Below are positions 13,106 to 26,979 of a stretch of 64,000 bases of DNA, piece by piece. This DNA is from Epiperipatus broadwayi (lineage: Eukaryota; Animalia; Onychophora), in contig JAQFVV010000011.1 of the NCBI GenBank assembly GCA_028023455.1, positions 2,232,001 to 2,296,000 on the forward strand, read 5' to 3'. The translations under genes were made by a program, and so were the position numbers. Position 1 is the first letter of the stretch. Each line of letters opens with the position of its first letter. The notes beneath the pieces were generated by a model. That model searched no databases. It saw nothing but the letters and a program-made list of their open reading frames with translations, and was not told the origin of the DNA.

Positions 13106-14560
13106 ACATACAGTATAGTTTCTGGACATATTTAAATAATTATATAAATACACATAATTAAAATTTACCTTTTCATGTCTATATGATACGGATTGGTATA
13201 TACACACAGATGTGCAGTACAATTTATGAATATATTTCAATTGTCATATAAAATATGTTAAATGATTACAATTTTATTTATACTAGGGTTTACATAAAAT
13301 ACATATATATATATATATATGCACATATATATGTGGTATAATAATTAATTAACATATCTGAATTTGTCAAAAAAATTATTAAAAATATATTTTCACCATT
13401 AATTCTTTATTGAAAGTATATAAAATCCATTTATTTTAACAGTAAGTTTTTCTCTTTACTGATTATAGTTTTCTTTTTTCTTTAAAAAAAGTACTATAAA
13501 TTCCCTAACAGTTTATAAAAGTCTTTTCCCTAACAGGTCACTGTTGATTAAAATTATAAATGTCTTTAAATTTAAAATATATATTGTAAATGACTTTTTT
13601 TTTCAATAAATAATATAAAATAATATTCTCAATTATTAAAATATCTTTTCACAGTTAATTCCACATTGAAATTATATAAATTTCCCTTATTCTCTTTAAA
13701 AAAACAAAAACAAATATAAAATCATCCATGAATTAAATCCCTCCATTCAAGCAAAATTTTACTTGTTTTCTTTTAAAATATATAGATTTAAATATCATTT
13801 TCACTAAAGAAAATATTAAAATTTTAATCTTATTATATATAACATTATTCACCAATGTATGTAATGTATATACATTTATTTGTGCTTCTCTGCATACAGA
13901 TAAATCAGCATATGTACAAACTAATTATTCAGTAAACAGCGATTCTCCTGGTGACTATAATCAGGACAGGTGTAGTCCAGGTAACTGTTGACCCACAGTG
14001 ATGTGGTGGTCCACAGTGATGTTCATTCTTGGCCTTTTTCAATTATCTCATCATGGTTCTCTACAATTCTGAAATCTAACTACTCTAACTCTAGGAAAAC
14101 CAACTAACCAACTTTTTATCAACCACTTTTATAGTTAGGGAGGAGTTTTAATTTCATTAATTTAAAAATATTTTTCTTTTCAAAAAATCATTTTAATCCT
14201 TTCAAAAGTAACTTTGAAATTTTATCAAAAGTATGAACTACAAGTTTTACTTAAAAAAAGATTTCCAAAATAGATAGTAGACATTCTATAATTCACGATA
14301 TTTATTGTCATAAAACATGCTTGTTTTATTTACAAAATCAGAATACAATATTAATTAGACCTTTTTAATTGTTTAATTTATAACAAAATTTCATTTTACC
14401 CTCAAAATTATTTAACCCTTTACTGTGATTTTATTCCAAGGAAATATAGAAAATATCTACAAAATTTTTGTCTGTATTTATTTCTACATTTTCTTTCAGA
14501 TTTATATATATATATATATTGGTGTACACACACTACTATGATGTCATATGCCATAAAACC
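12270..14560 (+). repeat. Old ~2.3-kb duplicated segment, copy 1 (copy 2 at ~20790-22970)
   Basis: Colinear anchors at ~8.4-8.5 kb offset, including ACAGTCAATCTTGTGACTGGATT, ATTTTAATCCTTTCAAAA, ACATGCTTGTTTTA and AGAAAATATCTACAAAA. Confidence 0.8.
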
Positions 14561-16324
14561 CATATGGTTACAATATATACATGTGTATTTATATATAATA
14601 ATAAATATAACGGTGATTAATTATTATATACAGAAGTACTTTTGGTTAATTACTTAACCCTCTTCAACTACCATTTAAATTCAAAAAAATATAATCAAAC
14701 CAAACATCATCAACTCAAAGTCCAGATTACCAAATTTTAATGTTAGCGGTTTGTCAACTATATTTAATTTCTAGTTATAAAAATTGCCACCTTAATTTTT
14801 TTTTTATGGCTTCTTTCTTCATGAAAAATCTTACCTTTTCAAGATCAAACATAAATTTATATTTACATGTCCTTTCATGATCCAAAAAAACTGAAGCAGT
14901 TGTTAAATCATTGTTTGCTTTTTACATGCTTATATAATAACCTATACTGCACCTCGATTCACCTATATATCATAACATGCATCCACAAAAATTTGATAAA
15001 CTGCATTACTTTTTTGCTTGATAGGTATGATACTTTTAGAATTATTCAAACAAAAAAAAACTCTAGAATAAATTCAATATATCAATATTAAAAAATAACA
15101 GCTTTAATTTTAATTGTTAAATGCTACTCAAGATAGTATACATAATGTAAGCTAACTATAGCTATTATTTATTATATATTGGTATATTGAATATTATAGA
15201 GTTTATTCCAGAGTTTTATATATATATATATTGTTTCGATTTAAGCAGTTTTATTTTTAACAAGTCTTAATACGTATTTATTCTTTAAACATTATTTTTT
15301 ATATATCTTATTTTTATATATATTTTATTCTTATTATTTACTTATAAGACTTCCTTAATTATATCTTTAATATCTGTGGCAATGGATAGCATCTTCAAGC
15401 AGAGGGGTAGAATACTATTGACAGATTAACCATCAATGATATTTATGGCCAGACTGAGGCTATACAAATGCACAGCTTGACCATATTTCCTGGCTATAGC
15501 ACCCCTCAACTGCTGGAACAAAACCATCCCTCTTTTTAACAGCTAAGTTAAGAATAATTTCTTCTCTTACTGTCTTTTTAACAGCTATATTAAGACTTGA
15601 CTATTCTCTTTAACAACTAGGTAAGGAATAATTTCTTCTACTAAACATTGGATCTTCTGATTATTTATTCTCACACTCACTATTATTTTCTAGAACAATC
15701 TTGCCTACAAGCCAATCACAATCTGTTCCTAACCTGATAATTTTTATAACAACCAATAAATTTTACACATACAATTATTCAGTTATTTCCCTTTTTAATA
15801 ATAGACTTTGAAAAGCAAATCAAGAACTTAAATTAACATCATAAAATTCTTGGTACTTCTTTCTAATTATTATTTTTTTTTTTGCAAAAAGAAAACAATA
15901 TAATCAGTTAATTGTACTAATTTGATATTTTATTTGCATTGAAGAGAGAGAAAGAAAAAAACAACTCTGATTAATTAAAAATAAAATTTACTAAAAGTAT
16001 TAAAATCTTATTTTTTCTTTTTAAAAATACTATTAAAAATAAAACTTTAATTTATCTCTCTTTTAAAGTTACAATTAATATCTATCAAATTATTTACAAA
16101 AAAAGATAAAATTATTTTTTCTCTTAGTACATTTTCATAGTTTAAATTAAAACGACTAATTAATTATAATTACTAAAAAGAGGGAATTAAAAAACCTTGT
16201 TTACATTCTTTTATAGTTTTTGCTCCCTTCTACAATCATTTATAACATATTAAAATCATATTATTTAAGGAAATATTAATGTTCAAGAATTCTTACTTAG
16301 GACTTCAAATATTTAATTAATTGC

Positions 16325-16330
<6 letters not shown>

Positions 16331-16391
<61 letters not shown>
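16331..16391. repeat. (ATT)n microsatellite
   Basis: About 20 perfect ATT units. Confidence 0.98.
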
Positions 16392-16393
<2 letters not shown>

Positions 16394-19300
16394 AAATATA
16401 TGCATGGCAAAATTAAATATTATTCCTCACCATTAATTAAATAACTTTATACTTAAACCTGACAAATATGCTGCCAACTACCTAATTATTTTTAGTGCAA
16501 CTATGTAGCCAACTGGTTACAATATATATATATATATTGAAACAGTCAACCTTAGTCCAAGATCGAGTTTCACTGTTCTACCACAGCCCATGTTTCATCC
16601 TGCTTTTTTTGTCACATGTATATAAACTATACATATATTTCTGAGAAGCATTTATGAGATTTATAAATATAAATCTTAAATAAAAATTTTCTTTAATTAT
16701 TTTAAATATTAATATCTCTAGATGTGACTCAGACATATACATATATTAACGGAGATTTTATATATATAAAAGCACAAAGAAATATTGTACATAATTTTGT
16801 ATTTTTTTTTCTTAATTATATTTTATTTATTTTGTAAATATTTTTCTTCATATAACTGCATAAAAGTTCAAGATGGAAGATGCATTCGTTAACTGTCCAA
16901 AAGTAATTAAAGGGGCGGGAACATTATTTTGTTTCATGATTAAAAGGAATTTTTAAATTAAAGTAAAATTTAAGACAAAACTAATTGATTTAGTTAGCTG
17001 TTAACATTTTTATCAAATCTATTTCCAATTTGGAAATTGATTTGAATTTATTTTTGGACAGTTATCTTGTGATTGCATCTCCAATAACAAAAGAAAGAAT
17101 ATTTCTGTAAATTAAAGATTAATTAAGGTTAGGAAGTTTAATTAAAAACATTCTTTGCATAACTGAAAACTGGTATAAATAGACCCAAAAATCTATTGTG
17201 GCAGAGTTGGGTCAATAGTCACTAGTTGACTCCACATCTGTTTAATTTTTGAGACCCTCAGCCACCTTCCCCTCCATCTTCAGCTCCATTATTTGCCATG
17301 CAGAGATGTAGCTCCTATTACTCAAGAGTGCCTGTGCTGTCAAAGAATGCCACCTGCCACAGAAGATTCATCAGTATTCCATAGAATCCTGAGGTATCCA
17401 GCCCAATGACATAATCGTATTACCTAATTATAACGTGTAACTCTATAAAATTAATGTTTTCTTTATGTTAAACCTCTTTTTAACTCACTAATCAGTGAGC
17501 ATGTTAAACTATTTCCTTAGTATCGATTCTCTATAACCTAATCTAATCTTATTTTAAAATTTTTCATCCAACTCGTGTTTCTTCTTATCCTTATAATTTA
17601 GTGTGGTTATGATTTAATTTTAATGATATTTTTCATTTAATTTTATTGGTAAATGCTAATCAAACCCAGTCTTATGAACTTCTTCTATATCCCACTGTGG
17701 AATAGAAAGGGGGGGGGGATTAATGAGTTTTTATTTATTTATTTCTAAATAGTTCATAAGACTGAGTTTTTAAAAAATATATATATTTTACTGTATATAC
17801 AAAATGTATAAATACTTGGCAATCTGGGGTGGATATTGGTCTTCATTAGTTTTATTAATTTCTTTATTCATCATCATCGCTAAAAAGGCTGGTGAATAAA
17901 TTCTATCTTGTTGTTCCCACTTTTAAGTGCATGAATTTTAGTTTTTTTATATATATTTTAACAAAATAGCATTGATTCAAGAAGGGGGAGAAATGCATGC
18001 TTCATTAATTATAGTTTCACTTCTGATAAATGACTTTATCTTACATGGGTCATTATTTTAACATATTACGTATTTGTTAAACCATTTAAGGCTTTATTTA
18101 GTATTTAAATCCAATGTTTTTATAGTCTTATAATAGCATTGCTGGCATATATCAAATTATTAATAATCCACATAGGGCTTTGATCTGATTCACCTGTACC
18201 TCATTCCAGGAAGTCATGATCATCTTCAGTTGTCATTCTTCTCCTCCAAGTATATATTTATGTACTGCTTTGATTCACCTGTACCTAATTCCAGTGACTC
18301 AAAGCCTTTCATTTTTGTTATTGTTCTCATTCATAACAGAAGTCTAAGTCTACTTCTGGAACAAGTCAGTCAGTGTAGTTGAAGCTCTGCATGGACTTAC
18401 TGTAAACCGGATCCAGGCAACTTCCTACCTACCTTTCCTCTTTCAGTACCACTTTAGCATGAAGCTGGCATACCACCTTAAAAATTGGAGAATGACCTTG
18501 TCTTGGTGAAACTGCCACTCTCTCTCTCACTGACATAATGCTAGCACTGCAATTTCTCATAGTTCATTTTCTAGTCTGTTTAGCAAAATAAATCGTAATG
18601 ATATGTGATAAAGAAATGTTTTGCTCTTTAAATATTTTTCGTTGGAGTTTTAGATGCAACTTCTTATGAAGCTGCCCTCCCCTTTATTGAATAAGCCATT
18701 CCCTGTATTGATAGAGTTTCGCAATATCTGATAATTAAATGTTGAAAATGTTTAATAAATAAATGTTTTTAAGTATATTTTGGTCACCACGTATCCTCAT
18801 TTTAGTGTCATAAATAAAGTCTATAAATGAAAATAAAGTTATGTATCCAATGCCAAGGGCATCCCATTAAAGTTGTCAAACAGCGAAACTCTGTTATTGT
18901 CATATCTTTATATGTGTTTTAATGTATAAATGTCTACCAATCACCCAGATAAATTTGTTTTTGTAACATTGAATAAAAACCTATTTTAAATATACTTAGT
19001 ATTGTAACTGCCGCACCAAATTGATATCTATTAAAATAAAATAATTGTATAAAAATTGTCAAAGATTTGTAACCAAAATAATATTTTAAATGTGTGAAGT
19101 TGATTACATATATAAAATCTTGAATTTTTGTCAAAATAAATATTTACATTTTTAAACTTTAATCCAGTTGTCTGAATCTCCTTAATAATATTTATATTTA
19201 TGTATGCTTTTAACTTATATCTTGGGTTCACTCAATCCCTCATCATCATCATCAGCTGAGTTTTCATGCAAAATGATCTAGCACTGGGCCCGGAAATAAT

Positions 19301-19539
19301 TAATTTATGTAGTATCACTGTAGGTATTGTCCATAATGTTACAGATTTGGGGAATGGGAAAACAGGTTAGAATTCATGATTGCTCCTGACCTGTGTATCT
19401 CAGGCATGATTGGATTCAGGGTACTTTTACTTAGATTCTAAATCTTGTTGGATGGACATACATTTTCGACTGGTACAATATATATATATAATATAAATAT
19501 ATGTATATTTTCTATATTAAACTTTAATGTAATTGTAAG

Positions 19540-20050
19540 AGACTTGAACATGTATGTGATCATGTGTATCAGTTGTATAAGATGGATTAGATAGCTGTAG
19601 GGAATTGTCAGTCTGAATTCAAGTCCCTTATAATTACATTATGTTTAGTATAGAAAATATACATGTATTTAAATATTATATTTTCAGTCTATATTCTGCC
19701 CATAAATGGTCATATTAAGTTTTTATGTGTGAGGGGTCAGATTGATTTAAGGTCAACATGGATGTGACAATAATATTGGCATCAGCAACAGCTTTGAGTG
19801 TTCTATCTTTTGATTTCCAATGACGGTTGGCTGGAGAGTGGAGAGGGATTAAAGCTTTTTTATTAAAGCTGAAGATTTTCTATCCTAGTATAAACTGAGC
19901 ACTGATTGTATATATGTGTGGGAGATGATCTTGACCTACTGATGAGTACTGGTTCAGCATAAAATACATATATTTAAGATCATTTATTTTTTTCACATGT
20001 ATGTGGTCATGTAAATCAGTTGTATAAGATGGATTGGATAGCTGTAGGCA
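19540..20050 (+). mobile_element. Family A2 retrozyme-like copy, 447-bp unit with terminal redundancy, HHR dead
   Basis: CATGTATGTG(A/G)TCATGT at 19549 and 19996. The HHR has CTGATGA at 19939-19945 but GAAA is changed to AAAA. Homologous to the 28158-29337 array. Confidence 0.7.
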
Positions 20051-20789
20051 GTTATATATATATATATGATGTGGGAAGGGGGTTGTCAAAATATTAGAAA
20101 CTATTATAAAATTAAACAATTTTAAATGAGATTTTAAATCTATATATTTATGATCATTTTAAATTATAAACTATAAAAATTAAACCCTATAGGATGGTTT
20201 TTCTTTAGCATTGCCAGGATTGAATTTAAAACTTGAAGAAGTCTTAATTTTTTATAGTTTTCAGTTTTAAAGATTTGCTAATATATAGATTTAAAATCTG
20301 TTGTGAAAATCTCACAATTTTGAATATTGCATGTACTTATATATCTGTGAAAACACACATACATACCACAATTTCTATGTATTTCCATGCATCTTCCTTT
20401 TATATCCAAAAACAAGTTTAACACTTTTAACATTTTTTTTTTACCTATTATTAGCTGTCAAAAGAACATTTTTTTATTTAATTATAATAATTTCGTCTAC
20501 TATTATCGTTTCTGTTATCATTATAAAATGTTATTTAAAGTATTTTATCACATTTGAATATTAATAAGAATTTTTAATCTAAATAACTGACTTCAACAAA
20601 CAATTTTATTTATTCAAAATAATTTTCAGAAATCTGTATTTAACTTTTAATCAAAAGTTCTCAATTTTTCTATACTACATTTTCAAAAACAAATTAAAAT
20701 TTGAAAAATAATTTTCTTTATAAAATTCGCTAAAAATGTTTGTTTAAAAAATAGTGAAATTAGGATTGTATTATATAGATGTGCAAAGA

Positions 20790-22970
20790 AATGGGATGAA
20801 CCTGGAGTGGTGGAACTCATCATCATCAACCCCAAGTCAATACAAAATTAAAATATAAAAGTAATGAACATGAGAGATCAGAACTAACTATATGTAACCA
20901 TAAGTTTACCATTTATTACATAAAAGTAATAATCATTCATCATCATAAATGATCACCAATAAAAATAAATGAACAGTCAATCTTGTGACTGGATTTGAAA
21001 TGGTTCTACTATAGACCAGGCTAATTATTTAGCTCTTGTTAGCTTGGGGAAGATTATTTAAACATTAATTTGGATGCATAAACTTAAGTGCTAATTCATC
21101 AGAATATATAACAATGAAAACAAAGCTGGGATACTAAAACATGCTGATCATCATCAATGTTCAGGTTATTTAGTATCTTTAATGTACTGGCCAATTATAA
21201 ACTTAATTTCTAATAAATACTGAATTAAATAAAATGTAGTGCATGGACTGTTGCAATTAAGGATCATCATCTGGATGTCTATAACACTAACCATAAATAC
21301 CTTTTATGTAACAGACCATTACACATGAATCCAACTCAGAGAGCAAAAGTTTTATAATTGTTACTATGATCAAAAGATATAATACAAACATAATATTCTA
21401 AAACTATTTAGGATTGAGTAAATTCACTGAAATAACTTTAACAATGAAATATCAATTTATTAATAATTAAATTAAAATGAAATTAAGGTCAGTAAAATAT
21501 GGCTGGACATATAAATTAAGCTTTCTGATTTTGATTAATACTTTAAAAATCTGCTATCACATTATAATTTACATATATGTACCAATACATTTACATAAAA
21601 CACCTTTATATCAGCACCCACATGAGCTTGTATAATATAAAATGAACATATTTGAATTGTCATAAAATAAAAAAAACCCATCACATTTTAATGATGCATA
21701 AATAATGACTGTTTTCATATACATATGTGGGTAACCATGGAAATGTAGTCTCACACTGGCATTTATTTCATATATTTTAATTTGTCAAAATAATAAATTT
21801 ATTAAAATTTATTTTTCACAATTAATTCCATATTGAATATATATATATATAAAATTCACACATATGTGTGTATATTAACAATAACATGAATCAAACTTAT
21901 TAATGCATTCATTATTTCTAATGGTAAAAAAAGTTTTTCTTTAAAAAAACTATTATCATTTAAAAAGTTTCATTTACAGTTCAGGTTCTTGTGGCCTCAT
22001 TTTCAATATTTAAATAAAAAATCCTGAGTTTTTTTATCTCTCTCTTTATGAACAATATTGGAAACAAATAATCTTCTGAAGACAAATGTCATTTACTATT
22101 TTCTTTCTTTGTTTTATTTTTAGTTTACAAAATTCATTTACTTTTAAATTTTGTTAATTAAAAATTTTAACTGTCATTTTCAAGGAATTATTTACACTAC
22201 TTTACTTATCAGCTGTATTTTATATATATGACAGTAACCTTATCTGTGCCTCTCTGCATATATAAAACAGTATATGTATAAATTACTTTGGAAAGCTGAT
22301 GGAATCTTGGTGTAAGCTGGTACTTTCTAAACAAAGACTGACTTATTGTCATCTTTTGGGAAAGGTATAATTCAGTAACTGATAGGCTACAGTGAGCTCT
22401 CTTCAATCTATGTTGTCTAATACACACACATATATATGGACTATGAACCAAATAAAAACTGGCACTTGCTGTCATGTGTGGCTGGATACATTGTCTCTTG
22501 TCTTCAGTTATAACTTCATGATAACTCTATAATTCTAAATCTCCCCATATCTTTTTTCAACCATTTTATAGTCAGGGTGGAGAAAAAACAGTAATTAAAA
22601 TCAAGTTTTTTTTATTTTGATTGAAAAAAGATAGTATCCTTTTCAATTTATTTTAATCCTTTCAAAAACCACTTTGTAGAATTTTTATAAAAATATATTA
22701 TACAAGCATTAATTTAAAAAATTTGCTAATCTAAACAAAATATAGTGGAATTTTATAATTTCCAGTATATCTATTGTAACATAAAAACATGCTTGTTTTA
22801 ATATCTAAATCAGAATTAATGAAATATTAATTAGACCTTTTTAAATGTTTAGTCTAATATAGAAAATATCTACAAAAATTTGTCTGTGTTTATTTCTACT
22901 TTTCCTTTGAACTTTATATGTATATGTGCACATACAACTATGTTGTATGCCATGAGATACATTGTATGCC
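20790..22970 (+). repeat. Old ~2.2-kb duplicated segment, copy 2
   Basis: Same colinear anchors as 12270-14560. Confidence 0.8.
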
Positions 22971-24084
22971 ATGAGATACATAACCACCTCAATATATATT
23001 TGTATATGTCTAGTTGCTTGGAAAATAAAATATTTGAGCAGCAAAAATTAGACAGAACACATAATTTCCATTCAATTGATCAAATTGAAAATTTTGTTCT
23101 TCATTTTTTTTGTTCTATCCTCTGGCAAAATGCCAGGGGAATTTAATCCCACAGAAGGTTTTTTTATTATTTGGATATATAATTCCTTCTTTTATGATAT
23201 AAAATCATGACAATGCCATACAGTGATAATCTCAATTCAATAATAGCTCTCACAATTACTACTATTACTATTAATACTGTTATTGTAAATATTTCTATTC
23301 ATCAGAATATGACTATCTACCAGTATATCTTGTTGTTTAGTACAATGGTGGAGGGGGTAATTCCAAAGTTCCAGATCCATAAACTGCGGCTCCGATACTG
23401 TCATTTCTGGTATTCAAAAGTTCTTTTTAAGTATTTTTTTAAATTAATATAAATTGTATTTTTATAATTTGTTGTGAATATCTTTTACAAGCCTATTTTG
23501 ATTGAAATAATACTGCATTTAATGTTTAATTATTTCATTATTAATAAAAATGTCTTTTATCACAAATATTGTTCATTATCTTAGAATAATATAATAACAA
23601 ATGAATTTAGAAAACAAATGTAGAGTATTTTTTAAAAATTTACATTTTTAAAATTTTGCTAAGATCTAAAATCTTAGTGAATAATAATTAAATAAATTTT
23701 ACTTTTACAAAGTCACATTGTAATCCCCATTTTCAAATATTATTTAATCCGCAGAAAGATACAGGAACTCTGAGTTTATTTTGATGCAGAGATAAACATT
23801 CTCATAATTTGGTTAAATTCTAAGTCTATACCATTTTACAAAATTTTAATGACAAAAAAAATGTTTACAAAGTAAATTACTTTTCCCTAAATTAGAATGA
23901 GTAGAAAACTAACAGTCATTTATCTTTTCTATAATTTTTTAAAACTAAAAATAGTGTAGTCTATTGTGTTCTACCTATATTTAAATTCAGCTTTTTATGA
24001 CATGTGACTAAATTCCTTTATAAATAATTTATAATAATCTTAATAAATATAGTATATATCTAATAAAATAAATAATAGAAAACT

Positions 24085-24620
24085 GATAGTTGTATTTATA
24101 TATTGAACTATTTCTATCATCTATCGTAGATATTGTGTTCTCAAAAAAATTTAACTTTAAATTTTCCAAATACATCCAAATGTTAGTAATAGCAAACAGG
24201 TTAGTATATATTCACAATGTTTCAAGAGGTATTATTCTCATCTTTTCTTCAGGTGTTGCTGGCCTGACTAGTAACAGTACTAATCTAGGATTCAAAGATA
24301 TCACACTAAACAACTGGTTCTGCCAAAGATTCAATTGGTTAGAGCATTATATTAAACTTCAATGTTCAAGAATCTAAGGATTCAGGTTTGATTCCCATGC
24401 TAGTGCTGTCACTGGTCAAGCCAGTGACACCTGAAGAAGAGGGAAGAATAATGTCTTTCAAAATGTTGTGCATATACTAACTAGTGTGCTATTACTAACA
24501 GTTAAATGTATTTGGAATATTTAAATAAAGTTACATTTTTCTCAAGACATTCTATACTTAGATGATGGAAATAATCCAATATATAAATACAACTAAAACA
24601 CCATCATCACAAACCTTCAA
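24085..24620. mobile_element. Family E inverted dimer (minus copy 24085-24320, plus copy 24325-24620)
   Basis: Minus HHR is cac CTGAAGA(24252-24246) a-aaga...tctt GAAA CATT GTG. Plus HHR has CTGAAGA at 24431-24437 then AAAATGTTGTG. The plus copy carries the tRNA-like head. Confidence 0.75.
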
Positions 24621-25135
24621 AACTAGTAGATCCATTCCAAATATATTTCATTCCATATTTTTTTAAATATCAATATTACTATTGCATTCTTCCATTCTTA
24701 TATAATTTTATTATTTAAATGTTGCCCTATCTGATTTTGGTCATTTGTAAGATCACATAGCAGATTTTTGAGTTTAAAGACCATGGATTATGACTTAGAA
24801 TTATCACTTCTATTGTTCAAATTTAATATGAATTTCCAACAGTAAACCATTTAATTGATTTTTTTTTATGATTTTGCATCTAATTTAGATAATTTCTCTA
24901 CTTCTTCACTTGCTTTTTTAAAAAAAACATTATTGATTTTATTATTTTCTGGAGTTTTTCCATTACTTATCAATTTAATGTTATATCACATGATTCCTAA
25001 TACCTTGTTTCCCCAAAAATATGATACTGCCTTATATTAATTTTTGCTGCAAAACATACCCTAAGGCTTACTTTCAGGCAGTTTTATTTTTCCATACACA
25101 ACAGTCTACATTTATTTAAGTACAAGAATCGCTAT

Positions 25136-25189
25136 AAAATGACAAAAAAAAAAAAAAATCAAGTCAGATGTCACATGACTTATATATAT
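25136..25189 (-). mobile_element. 54-bp family B fragment flanked by a 12-bp TSD
   Basis: AAGAATCGCTAT at 25124-25135 and 25190-25201 encloses AAGTCAGATGTCACATGAC, which matches 461-479. Confidence 0.7.
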
Positions 25190-25689
25190 AAGAATCGCTA
25201 TTTATTCTAAAAATAATGTACAAAATTAATTTCCTTTAAATCTACTATGATAAATCAAATGCTACAGTAATTAAAGAATTACAAAATATGTGCAAAGAAT
25301 TGCAGGAAATAAAATTCTGAAATCGTTTCCTTATTTCACACAAGTGTATTATTTTAAGCACGTGTTATAACACAACGTATATTATAATAACGTTAGTAAT
25401 TCCAAAATGTAGGCTCTTCTGCTTAACTTTTGTTTTAAAAGAAAAAAAATCTAATGCATTTGACAATATAATAAATATTTTTCATCACCAAAAATTCACA
25501 TATGTGTTATGTCTGCAATGTGATTGGTTACTTTGCAGGCTCACAATCGGATGATCTTAGAGCTTCTTAACATTTCCAGAGCAGTGTGGCTGTGTTTTTA
25601 TCAAAACACATTTACGATAAAAATGATATATAACACATTTACGATAGAGAAATAAGAGAAATAACGTATATAGTATTTTCTTTCTCTTT

Positions 25690-25792
25690 CTAACTAGGAC
25701 TTATTTTCGAAGTAGGGATTATATTACAAACATCCTAAAAAATCATGCTATGACTTATTTTCTGGTTAGGTCTTATTTTTAGAGAAACATGA
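25690..25792. mobile_element. Probable Tc1/mariner (Tc2-like) transposon terminal fragment
   Basis: Ends GGTCTTATTTTTAGAGAAACATGATA, the reverse complement of a CpG-decayed TACCGTGTTTCCCCGAAAATAAGACC-type TIR, with internal subrepeats of ACTTATTTT. The partner TIR was not found. Confidence 0.4.
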
Positions 25793-25984
25793 TACTGATA
25801 TTTCAATTGATGCTGTTATTATGTGATTATTTTATTTTTATTACAATATAAACCGAGAGTGTCCAACCTTTTATCATCTGTAGGGCACATTGGAAAAAGA
25901 AGAGTTGCCTTAGGCTACACATTATAATACACAAACATTACTGAAAACTATTAAGCAAAAAAAGTTTCGTACATAATTTTCATG

Positions 25985-26378
25985 AAATAAAATTACAAAA
26001 AAAATCCAAGTCATATATCACATGACTTAATTTAAACAAGCTTGTATTATAAAAGTTATATAAAGAGCTATTAAGGCTTTGGTGATTTTATATTGCTAAA
26101 GTTATTAATATATGATGTATCTGAACTTAGTTCAGTCCCATATGACTATTTAAGTTAGATAGCTGGATTGGAAGACATATGGATATCTGAAAATTTCAGA
26201 TTTTCTACTTAATAGTTATCCCACTAGATAAAATGCTGGACTTGTCCTGGTATTTTTAATCTAATGCTTGAATATTATAGCACCTCACTGAAGAAGTCAA
26301 GAGCAGAAACCGGTCTGGGGTTAGGGATATTCTGCAAAACTTGTTAAGAGTTTATTTGTGAGCTCTTTATATAATAAT
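25985..26378 (+). mobile_element. Family B monomer with inverted 5' segment; HHR at ~26265-26335
   Basis: acctca CTGAAGA agtcaagagca GAA ACCGGT C tggggt. The first ~85 nt are inverted relative to the 137-634 unit. Confidence 0.75.
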
Positions 26379-26875
26379 TTTCATGATATCCATCTCCACT
26401 AATAAGCACAAAAAATTCTTAAATAATAATTCTGATTAGGAAATGACTCATTCAGATAATCATTTAAAACCATCAGCAGATTCCCAGTTTGTGATCATTA
26501 ACATAAAAAATGTACATATCTAAGTAATGAAACATTATTGATATTTTTGGTATATATTTTTATTATAAAAGTAAAAGATGGAAACATAAAACTAGTTGGA
26601 TATTTGACATTGTATTTGAGTGTGTACATATATTTATTTAAATGTCATTGTGGCATGTAATCCCCAAAAAATCTTAGGTTTTAAATATATTTATGATTTT
26701 GCATTTGTCACATTTATAGCTACACAGGAAAACATATGGCCTTTAGGTTATAAGTTGGATATCCCTGATACAGACCTTTATAGAATTCTTCAAAATAGTT
26801 CATGTTATTATCCATATTTTTAGTTACTATGCCATCTTTTCATAAATTATTTTACACCAAATATCAATATTTTTA

Positions 26876-26979
26876 GTCAAGCGTTGTTAGCCGAGAGGTC
26901 ATCACACCCGCCTTGGAAGCAAGTAGTTGGTTGCAGACGGGTGTGGGTTCGCGTCCCGGCCGATGCCATGACATATGAA
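26876..26979 (+). mobile_element. tRNA-Gly-derived SINE with 17-bp TSD
   Basis: TSD AAATATCAATATTTTTA at 26859-26875 and 26980-26996. The element starts GTCAAGCGTTG. Confidence 0.9.

Noticed and set aside
24241-24377. Apparent duplicated exon (AG|GTGTTGCTGGC.. and 8205 AG|GAGTTGTTGG..)
   Set aside because: Both are the antisense strand of family E. The pyrimidine tract is the complement of the CTGAAGAA region.
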